Origin: Clostridia bacterium
GTDB lineage: Bacteria; Bacillota; Clostridia; Oscillospirales; CAG-272
DNA: 37,063 nucleotides
Reading direction: 5' to 3'
Assembly: GCA_017618795.1 (NCBI GenBank)
Contig: JAFZTO010000034.1
Coordinates: 1-37,063 of the forward strand
Positions 17,306-25,578 of this stretch are shown piece by piece; the first letter of the stretch is position 1; every line of letters starts with the position of its first letter. The notes beneath the pieces were generated by a model that saw nothing but the letters and a program-made list of their open reading frames with translations, was not told the origin of the DNA and ran no database searches. The position numbers were made by a program, and so were the translations under genes.

Positions 17306-18355
17306 TCATTTGCTTTTTTTCTTTTCCTTTTTTATAACGATCATTAAAGCAACAATTATAACGGCTGCAACTGCAACCGACGCTATAACGATCGGAACGG
17401 GTTTAAATGTTTCAGCATTCTCTCCTGTCTTCTGCGTCGTCGGGCCATCCGTCTGAACGGGCTTGCCGCTCTCAGGTATTGCTGAACTTCCGTTATCTCC
17501 GGCCGAAGTTCCGTCCGCCGTTTCGGAGGATTCGTCCGCGACTGATGTGTTTTCTTCGGACGAAACGGGCGGATCGGCCGCTATATGCTCTATCCGGCCT
17601 TCTGTTTCCGCGTCATAATACTCTCTCATAACGGCCGCGTCGATCTGAAACGGCAGAAAATAAATCTCGTCAACCGTCCCGGCAAACGGCTCGTTCAGAT
17701 TGTCATAGTACAGAAAGCCGCCGATGCATGCCGTTTCCTCATACGTCGCTACCGAACAGTTGTCGGCGTCATATTCAAAGGTATATATCAGGTTGCCGTC
17801 GAGAAATAGTCCGCCGATTCCTCCGCCGACCGTATATCCGAAGCAGTGCCATTTGTCATCATCGAACCTGTACGGTTCCTGTCCTTCGGGAGCGGTTATC
17901 AGATTCCAGTGATTTTTCGACGCGTCATCGGCGCCGATTCCAACCGCCGCGTACTGAATACCCGTATCTGTCGCATTATAAATGCCTATCAGAACGCCCG
18001 GGGCGGGTTGAGCGCCCCATACGCCGGTCGATATTATCCTGTTCCACGCGCCGTTAAGAGAGGCTGTTTTAAACCAGACAATTATCGACATCTCCTCTTT
18101 CAGGCACGTAACCTCCACCGGAATGCTGACGTAACTCGCATTGTCCATTTTGACCGCGTATCCGCCGTTAAGCCCTTCGGTATACTCCGCGCCGCCGCCC
18201 GTCAGCGAACCCGTGTAATTTCCGGTCGCGCTGTCGCACACGGCCTGATTGTCAAAGCTGTAATAAACCGCGCCGCTGCCGAAATCAAATCCCGTAGCCG
18301 ATACGCCAAGCGACAGAAAAAACGCCAAAAAAGCAGATATGATTATTTTTTTCAT
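17306..18355 (-). CDS. Secreted LamG (Laminin_G_3 / concanavalin-like) domain protein (P2) with a Ser/Thr/Glu/Asp-rich linker and a C-terminal TM anchor plus basic tail
   Basis: Signal peptide MKKIIISAFLAFFLSLGVSATG. LamG pattern GYAVKMDNASYVSIPV...MSIIVWFK...WNRIIS...DKWHCFGYTVGGGIGGLFLDGNLIY...IGG...FAGTVDEIYFLPF. Tail PVPIVIASVAVAAVIIVALMIVIKKEKKKSK. GGAAGGAG RBS. Confidence 0.8.
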   Translation of the reverse strand: MKKIIISAFLAFFLSLGVSATGFDFGSGAVYYSFDNQAVCDSATGNYTGSLTGGGAEYTEGLNGGYAVKMDNASYVSIPVEVTCLKEEMSIIVWFKTASLNGAWNRIISTGVWGAQPAPGVLIGIYNATDTGIQYAAVGIGADDASKNHWNLITAPEGQEPYRFDDDKWHCFGYTVGGGIGGLFLDGNLIYTFEYDADNCSVATYEETACIGGFLYYDNLNEPFAGTVDEIYFLPFQIDAAVMREYYDAETEGRIEHIAADPPVSSEENTSVADESSETADGTSAGDNGSSAIPESGKPVQTDGPTTQKTGENAETFKPVPIVIASVAVAAVIIVALMIVIKKEKKKSK

Positions 18356-18374
18356 ATTAAACTCCTTCCCTATA

Positions 18375-19838
18375 TTACCGGTTTATGCCGTTATACATAT
18401 CGAGAACTTCCCGGGAATAGTTCTCGACTCTCGTTTTATTGCGCCTTCTGGCAGAAGAATAATTGTTGCTCTTCTGATCCATCAGCATATGTATTTCCCC
18501 GTAATAACCTTCGATTCCCCCTGCGTGAAGAAACACAAAATCCACGTACATCGAATCCTCGATTATGTTCAGCGTCTTTTTTGATTCCTCATCCCTTGTA
18601 AGCTGGTTTTCAAACACCGTGTCATACACGGCCGAACGGATTTTTTCCGTACTTGCTATGGCAAGCGCCTCGGATATAAAACCGATAAAGTGATTTTTAT
18701 ATTTTATGTGCAGCATCGGCGTGCCGAATATTGCCGAGCCTCCGCTGAGAGGGGTGCGGTAATCCTGTTTCTCTTCGTATTTCGGCATAGGCAGAATACC
18801 GAAATCATCCTCCATTCCGCGGAAATAATTCGGCACCTCGCAAAGCGCGCCGACATAATAAAGCGCCTTACCGTTCAGGAACATAGAGGTTGCGGTTGAA
18901 GAGAGATGCTCTCCAACAAAAGTGCTCCCGTCGTTGTTATAGCACAAATTGTATATTTTGTCTATAATTCCTGCCCATTTTTCCTCATCGGTTTCGATTA
19001 TCTCTCCGTTTCTGATTTTTACCGGATAAACACTTTCTCCGAGTGACACGCCAAACATGGTCGATGAACCTATTGAAAGGGCAAAACCGTACTGATCCTC
19101 CTCGTTATATCTGCCGTCCCCGTTCAGATCCTTTGCCACTCCTCTCGATGTTTCAAGCAGCTTGTCGATCGTCCAGTTTCCGTCGAAAACGTAATCGTAC
19201 GGATTGCCGGTCTTAAGAGAAAAATCCTCAGCCAGCTTCTTGTTAAAAAACATGCAGTGCGTTGACATAAGCGTCGTATAGGCAATATCGTTTATTGCAA
19301 AATACTGAACCTCGCCGATGGTCAGATTTTCCTCGGCAGACTGGTTCCAGTGACTGCTGCCGAAATCAATGCACGGCAGTTCACGCAGATTTCCGAGCAT
19401 ACCTTCGGCGGCAAGCCCCGCCATCGTGTTGTATACTCCGTAAATCGCACAATAATCCGTATCTCCCGTAGATGTCATTTCAAAAATATCGTCCCGGAGT
19501 GTTTCGGTGGCATAATTCTCTATTTTGACGTTAAAGCGCTCCTCGACCATCCCGTTCCTTCTGTAGATCGCGTTTGATATTACGGAATCGGCTTCGGGAT
19601 CGCTCTCAAAATCGAGACACAGCCCGTCTTCAATTACGGGAATCTTTGAGTTTATTATTCTGAAGGTTTCCCCGTCAAAGCCGTCTGCGTAACCGTCAAA
19701 ATCCGAAAGCGTTGCGAAAACATCGGAATTGTCCCCGCTTGCGGTGCCGGAAGCATCACCGGGTTCATTGTTTTTTGAACATGCGACCGCACAGATAACA
19801 AATACCAATGCTAAGATAAAAGCTGCTGTTTTTTTCAT
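18375..19838 (-). CDS. Extracellular solute-binding lipoprotein, LplA/LipO-like (SBP2), paralog of SBP1
   Basis: Lipobox LVFVICAVACSKNN. Colinear with SBP1 (DGFDGETFRII, IYRRNGMVEERFNVKI, SSHWNQS, FFNKKLAEDF, WTIDKLLE, DLNGDG, FGILPMPKY). AGGAGA RBS. Confidence 0.8.
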   Translation of the reverse strand: MKKTAAFILALVFVICAVACSKNNEPGDASGTASGDNSDVFATLSDFDGYADGFDGETFRIINSKIPVIEDGLCLDFESDPEADSVISNAIYRRNGMVEERFNVKIENYATETLRDDIFEMTSTGDTDYCAIYGVYNTMAGLAAEGMLGNLRELPCIDFGSSHWNQSAEENLTIGEVQYFAINDIAYTTLMSTHCMFFNKKLAEDFSLKTGNPYDYVFDGNWTIDKLLETSRGVAKDLNGDGRYNEEDQYGFALSIGSSTMFGVSLGESVYPVKIRNGEIIETDEEKWAGIIDKIYNLCYNNDGSTFVGEHLSSTATSMFLNGKALYYVGALCEVPNYFRGMEDDFGILPMPKYEEKQDYRTPLSGGSAIFGTPMLHIKYKNHFIGFISEALAIASTEKIRSAVYDTVFENQLTRDEESKKTLNIIEDSMYVDFVFLHAGGIEGYYGEIHMLMDQKSNNYSSARRRNKTRVENYSREVLDMYNGINR

Positions 19839-19852
19839 TGTGTCTCCTGTTT

Positions 19853-21832
19853 TTATGATTCAGCGAGGCGGAATGACGCCTCCGACCACGCGCCGGTACG
19901 TCCAATGTCGAACGAAATAATAATCTTTCCGTCCCAGTCTTCGGGAGCTTCCTCCGCGATTTCGATATTAAACTCCTCGGCAAGCCCTACAAAAACGGTT
20001 CTGTCGGCCCCCCTCATAGTGCCGAAAGGGATTTTTTCGGGCGCTTTGCCGTTTATGATTTCATATGCGACCGATTTTTCGTAGCCGGCAGGACCGTGAT
20101 AATCGACACGAACCGTAAGAAAGGCATCCTCCGACGTTTTATCCGGGATATTGACATAGGACGAACTAACGGTTATTCTGTCGGCAGGATTTTTAAAGGT
20201 TACGTAAGAAACTCCTCTTCCGTTCCCGTTTTCCCCGGTGCCGATAATCGCCGTACAGGTTAAATCGTCAAAATCGCCGTATGAATTCTGCTTCCTGCTT
20301 TCAAAAAAGCTGTCGCTTCTGACAATCTCCCCGATTTTCCCGTGATTCTCAAGCTTTGAGTTTCCACCGGCCCCGATTGAAATGTAAACTATCCCTCCGG
20401 CCGGAACTACCCCGTCCCATGTCAGATTCCTGGCGTGACATTTTTCAAGAACCGTAACCGCTTCGAGTCCGTCGCTTTCTCCGGTTTCAAGATAGCTCGA
20501 ATGCTTCTTGTCTATCCGGAAAATCTTAACGGTGTACTCGTCGTACGGAATATTGTCTATGCCTAAGCTGACCGTCGACAGATATTTATCGTCGCTGTTC
20601 CACAGCAAAATCCCGCCTTCGGTTTCATCGGCAGACGCCAGACATGATACGCCCGGGCCGACCTCGGCGCGCACTCTTTCGACAGGCATGTGCTGATACA
20701 GCCACAGAGCGTGATAGAGCGGGGAGCGTCTGCCCTTCGTATCCACAAGGCTGAGCGACCCGTTGTTGCTGAACAGATTAGCCCACTGAATCTGTGTTAC
20801 GTCTGTATATGACAGGGCGGTTTTCATCGCGTCAAGACCCTTTGCGGCCGCCAGCGACTTCTGAAGCGTGAAATCCGTCCGCTGATCCGTACCGCAATCC
20901 CATTCCCCGGCATCCGGGCAGTGAGTATTGAACTCGGTAAAAATGATCTGTGTCGAAGGATTGTTTTCAAGAGAGGCGCGAATTGCCGCAATGTTGTCCT
21001 CCAGCGAGTACTTCGGATCATTGCCGTAGTAATGCATGGAGAAAAAGTCGAGCGGAGCGCCGTCATCATTTATCGCGCTGACAAATATGTTCATGTTGTC
21101 CGCGCCGACTATCGACTGGCTCGACATTGCGGGACCCCCGATAAAAGCGTCCGGATCGCCTTTTCTAACCGCAAAGGCGGAATGCTCGTAAAGCTCAACA
21201 TAACCTTCAAAACCCGAATACCACATATAGTTCGGCTGGTCAGGCTCGTTCCACACCTCATAAAAACTGCGCAGTCCCTTTTCAGCCATATAAGACGCGG
21301 CTTCCGTCCACATCTGATCGTATATTTCGTAATCCGGAGAATACCATTTTGCGTTGCTCCCGTATTCTGTTCTTACAGCCGGAGTCGCATAAAACATTAT
21401 CCAGAGCGGTGTACAGTATTTGCGTATCACGGTGCCGTAACCCGATGCGTCATACTGTGTCCTCAGCATAAGATTTCTCACGGATTCCGCTGAGCTTCCG
21501 CAGTCAAGAGGCATGGCGAATCTGGCTGTTCTCGACCTGAGTTCAAGCAGATGCGGCGTAAATTTTCTGAAATTCGAAGATCCGTTAATAAAAAACGAAT
21601 TTCTTTTTAAAAGCGGCGTGCCTTCCCTGACGGCGAAATCCACAAGGGAAATCCCGCCTTTCTGTTCCGTCAGCCTCCCGTTTGCGTCATTGTCCAATGT
21701 CAGTATCCCCTTTTCCGCCGCCGCGTCTGTAACACGGCTCTCCCTGCCGGATTTGCCGTTTCCCGAACACGCGCAAAGGAAAAGCAGCAGCGCACAAACC
21801 GTAACCGGCACAAGCATTCCTGTTATCTTCAT
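19853..21832 (-). CDS. GH39-like (clan GH-A) glycoside hydrolase lipoprotein with ~280-aa C-terminal beta-sandwich region
   Basis: I prefer the internal start at 21832, giving MKITGMLVPVTVCALLLFLCACSGNG (lipobox), with GAGG 7 nt upstream. The track start at 21871 would overlap lacI. FYEVWNEPDQPNYMW is the NEP acid/base motif. DFFSMHYYG is present. QIIFTEFNTH is the TE nucleophile-type motif. Confidence 0.6.
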   Translation of the reverse strand: MKITGMLVPVTVCALLLFLCACSGNGKSGRESRVTDAAAEKGILTLDNDANGRLTEQKGGISLVDFAVREGTPLLKRNSFFINGSSNFRKFTPHLLELRSRTARFAMPLDCGSSAESVRNLMLRTQYDASGYGTVIRKYCTPLWIMFYATPAVRTEYGSNAKWYSPDYEIYDQMWTEAASYMAEKGLRSFYEVWNEPDQPNYMWYSGFEGYVELYEHSAFAVRKGDPDAFIGGPAMSSQSIVGADNMNIFVSAINDDGAPLDFFSMHYYGNDPKYSLEDNIAAIRASLENNPSTQIIFTEFNTHCPDAGEWDCGTDQRTDFTLQKSLAAAKGLDAMKTALSYTDVTQIQWANLFSNNGSLSLVDTKGRRSPLYHALWLYQHMPVERVRAEVGPGVSCLASADETEGGILLWNSDDKYLSTVSLGIDNIPYDEYTVKIFRIDKKHSSYLETGESDGLEAVTVLEKCHARNLTWDGVVPAGGIVYISIGAGGNSKLENHGKIGEIVRSDSFFESRKQNSYGDFDDLTCTAIIGTGENGNGRGVSYVTFKNPADRITVSSSYVNIPDKTSEDAFLTVRVDYHGPAGYEKSVAYEIINGKAPEKIPFGTMRGADRTVFVGLAEEFNIEIAEEAPEDWDGKIIISFDIGRTGAWSEASFRLAES

Positions 21833-21839
21833 GTAAACC

Positions 21840-22850
21840 TCATCGCCTGGAAGTACTCTCCCGGCGCACAACCATGGGGTCGATTATGTTCTTTATTTTA
21901 CCGCTGAACGTTCCGCTTATCATTTCAAACAGCGTAAGCGTGCCGCGATAGGCGGTCTGGATTCCGAATATCGAAACTGAGGAAAGGGTTGGCTCCACAA
22001 GCAGATCAAACCTTATATCGTTGTACCCGATAACCGGTATCTGACCCGGGACCTGAATTCCGGCGTCGCGGAGATATCTTACGGCTCCTATTGCCATACT
22101 GTCTTCAAACACAAACAGACCGTCAGCGCTGAATCCGTCCTCAAACAATCGTTTCATCGCATTATAGGAATCAGACATAGTGGCGTTGCAGAAGGACACT
22201 GCCAGCGAACCGGGATCAAGACCTTTTTCCGCCATACATTCCTTTGCGCCTTCGACCCGGTCCCTTGACGGCGCAAACTCAAGCGGAATTGTCAGGCATG
22301 CCGGCCTTTTGCATCCGGCTTCGAGAAGTTCCATGCACGCAAGATAACCGCCCTTTCTGTCGGAGCAGAAAAAACTGCAGACTTCGGGGTCGTCCGCGTC
22401 TCTTCCGACAGATACAAAAGGAATACCGGACTTTTTCATCATCTGAGTGTTGCTTTTCCTGTCCGACGCGGGGCATATTATTATCCCGTCAATCTGATGG
22501 TTTATCATATTGTTGATGGCGTTCTTTTCGAAATCGTACCTTTCGTTCGATGTTGAAAAAATAATAGTGTACCCTTTCTCGCGGCACGCCTCTTCAACGC
22601 CCTGATACATTTCCGAAAAAAACGGATTTGTTATGTTTGGCAAAATAAGCCCGATAGTTTTCGACTGTCTGGTCCGCAATGAAGCGGCGGAATAGTTTTT
22701 CTTATATCCAAGCTCCGCCGCCTTCTCGCGCACCCTGATTTTCATTCCGTCAGATATATCGCTTCTGTCGCGCAGAGCCAATGAAACCGCATTGGCGGAT
22801 ATACCAAGTTCTTTTGCAATGTCCTTGATTGTTACTGGTTTGTTTTTCAT
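21840..22850 (-). CDS. LacI/GalR-family transcriptional regulator, first gene of its operon
   Basis: Start moved to 22850 (MKNKPVTIKDIAKELGISANAVSLALRD, an HTH), preceded by GAGGAAAAT. A periplasmic-binding-fold sugar sensor domain follows (IGLILPNITNPFF...). Confidence 0.9.
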   Translation of the reverse strand: MKNKPVTIKDIAKELGISANAVSLALRDRSDISDGMKIRVREKAAELGYKKNYSAASLRTRQSKTIGLILPNITNPFFSEMYQGVEEACREKGYTIIFSTSNERYDFEKNAINNMINHQIDGIIICPASDRKSNTQMMKKSGIPFVSVGRDADDPEVCSFFCSDRKGGYLACMELLEAGCKRPACLTIPLEFAPSRDRVEGAKECMAEKGLDPGSLAVSFCNATMSDSYNAMKRLFEDGFSADGLFVFEDSMAIGAVRYLRDAGIQVPGQIPVIGYNDIRFDLLVEPTLSSVSIFGIQTAYRGTLTLFEMISGTFSGKIKNIIDPMVVRRESTSRR

Positions 22851-22879
22851 ATTTTCCTCACGGTCAAACAACTCAAAAT

Positions 22880-22908
22880 ATTATACCACAAAAAACGAAA
22901 TCTGACAA
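22880..22908 (-). promoter_or_regulatory. Sigma-A promoter for the LacI-led operon
   Basis: Minus strand: TTGTCA (22908-22903), a 17-nt spacer, TATAAT (22885-22880), with a TGg extended -10. Confidence 0.6.
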
Positions 22909-22975
22909 TCTTTTTTCGATATTATTTCCCCGAACTATAGGCCACAGTGTTTTTTTCAGTTCGGATTTAACCGGT

Positions 22976-23719
22976 TCACAAAGCTCGTTTCCTGCGGGAA
23001 AGGACGGCAAATGCTGCCAGAACAGCGCAAACCGCGCCTACAGCGATGAACATGCTGTCGGAAGTTGCGGGAGAGTCATCCCCGCCCGTCTGGCTGTCGG
23101 TCTTTTCAAAATAATTCCTTGCTTCTTCTTCCGATGCGAAAAACCCGATCGATTCGATATACAGATCGCTCAGCCCTATATCGGCGTTCAGATCCTTCCC
23201 GACCCAGTCGATGCGGAAATGAGTCAGGGAACCCGTCGCCGTTTCAGGAACCGCAACAATAAGGGTGCTGAACTCTCCGTCAGTACCCGGGAATCCGATC
23301 CATTCGTTTTTACCGGCCGAATAAGAAACTCCGCCGTCGCCTTCAACGGCACCAGTTTCATAGTAGAAGAACAGAGAAGCGGTAGAGTCTGTTTTATAGC
23401 GAAACGCGAGAAATCTCAATGCGTTGAGATTCACTCCAAAATCCGTCGCGCCCCATGTGTTGGGCTTCAGATAGCTGACAAACAGTATCCCCGTCGGAGT
23501 GCCGCCCGCAACGCGAAGCAAGCCGTTTTCGATAACGGCGCCGACGGTCCCGGCACCGCCTATCGTGTTGTTTGATATGAGCATAGCTTCTTTCGTATCG
23601 CCTGATGCCGTTTTGAAATCAAACACGGCATGCGATTCCGTCACGTCGAAGGCCAATGCGGGCAAAATCAACGCCAGGCACATTGCCATAAGAACAACAC
23701 AGCAAATTACTTTTTTCAT
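22976..23719 (-). CDS. Secreted protein of unknown fold (P3) with C-terminal TM anchor plus basic tail; the tail is homologous to that of P1
   Basis: Signal peptide MKKVICCVVLMAMCLALILPALA/FD. Tail SQTGGDDSPATSDSMFIAVGAVCAVLAAFAVLSRRKRAL. AAGGAG RBS. Own promoter, apparently monocistronic. Confidence 0.8.
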   Translation of the reverse strand: MKKVICCVVLMAMCLALILPALAFDVTESHAVFDFKTASGDTKEAMLISNNTIGGAGTVGAVIENGLLRVAGGTPTGILFVSYLKPNTWGATDFGVNLNALRFLAFRYKTDSTASLFFYYETGAVEGDGGVSYSAGKNEWIGFPGTDGEFSTLIVAVPETATGSLTHFRIDWVGKDLNADIGLSDLYIESIGFFASEEEARNYFEKTDSQTGGDDSPATSDSMFIAVGAVCAVLAAFAVLSRRKRAL

Positions 23720-23776
23720 TTTAAAAAACTCCTTTGTTTTTTTGTTTTTACTTTAACGATAAAGTAGATTGCTTTT

Positions 23777-23805
23777 ATTATACACCTTTTTTTCTTTCTT
23801 GTCAA
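23777..23805 (-). promoter_or_regulatory. Exact-consensus sigma-A promoter for the P3 gene
   Basis: Minus strand: TTGACA (23805-23800), a 17-nt spacer, TATAAT (23782-23777). Confidence 0.7.
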
Positions 23806-23839
23806 TACCTTTAACTGATTTTTTTGTTTTTTATGACAA

Positions 23840-23861
23840 TCCCCTCCCGGTCGGGAGGGGA
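23840..23861 (-). terminator. GC-rich hairpin at the end of the nrdR...DUF4037 gene chain (putative terminator)
   Basis: TCCCCTCCC GGTC GGGAGGGGA, a 9-bp stem, 22 nt after the stop at 23884. The U-tract on the minus strand is poor (TTGTCATAAAAAAC), so efficiency is uncertain. Confidence 0.45.
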
Positions 23862-23883
23862 CGCTTGCATTTTAAATTTTTAC

Positions 23884-24831
23884 TCACACTCCGGCGAAGA
23901 TGTTCATGTTGCGCAGATCGGGATTGGATATTTTGTCGTTAACCGCATACGCGAGGAATTTGAGATTGTCCGCGCCCTTTCCGGATATTGCGCACTCTTC
24001 CGCAATTCCGGCCGCGACTTGAGCACACAGCTTATCTATCGTTTCCGCCTTGCTTTTTCCTATCCTGCTGCCGTTCGGAGTGGAAATGAGGCGCTCCAGC
24101 GTCTGAGACAGTTCCTCGTCTATGTCGTTCAGGGCTCTGAACGCCCACTTGTAGTACGGCATGTATTTTCCGGCGCGCAGAAACGCGACGTGCATTATCG
24201 CAGTAACAAACTCGAAAGCGGCAAGCTGTGCGCCTCCGGTCTGCCCGCGTTCCACACAGCGCGGATAATTGTACTGCCCGGCCTGCACGCACGTCAGCAG
24301 CCAACCGGCAAGTTTTTTAAGCCTGACGTCTGACGGATACGATTTTATGCGGCTTCTGACTGCCGTAAATTCTCCCATCCGATCGTCGAATATATCTCCG
24401 TTCACCGCCTCCGCAAGCGCTGTTTCGGGAACCGAAAGCCATTCCTTTGCGTCCCGCGGCCCATTTGCAAAGCCTGTACGCGCCTCAAAAAAATCCGCCG
24501 TTCTAATCACTCCGTGACGATTTCCGCCGACCGGAGGCACGGGCGCCCGCTTATATCCCATAAACTCGTCAGGTAGCTTTGCGTATGCCCTTTCCAGCAA
24601 AAAAGCCTGCCGTCTGTTCACCGTTTGCTCATCCGGCAGAAAAATACAGAATCCGGGCTCGAAATCGTGGTCCTCTGAAAAAGCGTCGTCGTACCCGAAA
24701 CATTCGGAACCGCTTCCGGCCAGCCCGAAAGCAAGAAAATCTTTTATCTGCGGAAAATCTGCCTCTATTATTCTGCCGTATTCCTCGAAATACAGTCTCG
24801 AAAGCTCAAGTCCCTTTATATGCTCAGCCAT
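23884..24831 (-). CDS. DUF4037 domain protein (nucleotidyltransferase-fold-like, function unknown)
   Basis: Start moved to 24831 (MAEHIKGLELSRLYFEEYG...), overlapping the upstream TPR gene stop by 8 nt. Motifs I associate with DUF4037: AFGLAGSGSECFGYDDAFSEDHDFEPGFCIFL, VRLKKLAGWL, QAGQYNYPRC, KYMPYYKWAFR. Confidence 0.65.
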   Translation of the reverse strand: MAEHIKGLELSRLYFEEYGRIIEADFPQIKDFLAFGLAGSGSECFGYDDAFSEDHDFEPGFCIFLPDEQTVNRRQAFLLERAYAKLPDEFMGYKRAPVPPVGGNRHGVIRTADFFEARTGFANGPRDAKEWLSVPETALAEAVNGDIFDDRMGEFTAVRSRIKSYPSDVRLKKLAGWLLTCVQAGQYNYPRCVERGQTGGAQLAAFEFVTAIMHVAFLRAGKYMPYYKWAFRALNDIDEELSQTLERLISTPNGSRIGKSKAETIDKLCAQVAAGIAEECAISGKGADNLKFLAYAVNDKISNPDLRNMNIFAGV

Positions 24832-25570
24832 TTTTATATATTTCCTCCGCGCGTGCCCTAAGCTCCGCCGCATATCCGCCCAAACCGTAATATTCGAACA
24901 CCGGCGCGCATTTTTCACACACAAAAGCATAGTTGCCGTTCCGTTGCCCCACTGATTCAAGCAGTTTCCTCGCCTCCGCAACGTAATTCAGCGCCGTCCT
25001 GTTCACCTTTCTGCCGCACGACATGACCTCGTTATCTGCCATGTTAAGCAGGGTTACAGCACGCTCCGGCTCGCCGCCCTCCACGGTTTCCATGACTGAC
25101 AGCGCCTTTTTATAATATTTCTCCGCCTCCAGGTACATGCCGCAGTCCGCAAGCGCCAGCGCCAGGTTGTTGTAAAGCCCTCCGAACCGCCCGTCTCCCT
25201 CTTCAAGTGCCGCGAGATATATTTCCTCGGCTTTTCCGTAAAATGTCAGCGCGTGTCCGGCCATCCCGAATGCCTTCAGCACCGTGGCGTAGTTCAGATA
25301 GGTCGTCCCTCCCGTCACGGTGTTTTCCATACCGAGCATGCTTACAAGCCCGCACGCCCTTTCTCCGTTCTCCAGCGCCTTTTCCTTTTTTCCGAGCTTC
25401 CTCGCAAGTCCCATCGCCTCGTTGCGAAGGCTGAGTTCTGATCTGAAGTCTTCCAGCGTCCGCGCCTCGTCGAGCCAGTAGTCAATAAGCTTTTCAGCGC
25501 CTTCGTAATCGTTTCTGTTAAGAAGGGAATCAAGCTTCCCTATTATTCTGCCCGTGTCGATTCCGGCCAT
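24824..25570 (-). CDS. Tetratricopeptide-repeat (TPR) protein
   Basis: 248 aa with repeated 34-aa A/L/Y/G-patterned helices, e.g. LYNNLALALADCGMYLEAEKYYKKALSV and YLNYATVLKAFGMAGHALTFYGKAEEIY. GGAGA RBS. Confidence 0.7.
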   Translation of the reverse strand: MAGIDTGRIIGKLDSLLNRNDYEGAEKLIDYWLDEARTLEDFRSELSLRNEAMGLARKLGKKEKALENGERACGLVSMLGMENTVTGGTTYLNYATVLKAFGMAGHALTFYGKAEEIYLAALEEGDGRFGGLYNNLALALADCGMYLEAEKYYKKALSVMETVEGGEPERAVTLLNMADNEVMSCGRKVNRTALNYVAEARKLLESVGQRNGNYAFVCEKCAPVFEYYGLGGYAAELRARAEEIYKNG

Positions 25571-25578
25571 TCCGATTG

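Noticed and set aside
17285-17311. An AT-rich hairpin AAATGATT...AATCATTT overlapping the LamG gene stop, considered as a terminator.
   Set aside because: The stem is all A/T, it overlaps the stop codon, and the downstream T-tract is interrupted. Confidence is too low to list it as a feature.
22930-22964. The inverted repeat CCGAACT...AGTTCGG after the P3 stop, considered as its terminator.
   Set aside because: The stem is only 7 bp, the loop is 21 nt, and no U-tract follows on the minus strand. That is too weak to annotate. P3 transcripts may instead read into the LacI promoter region.
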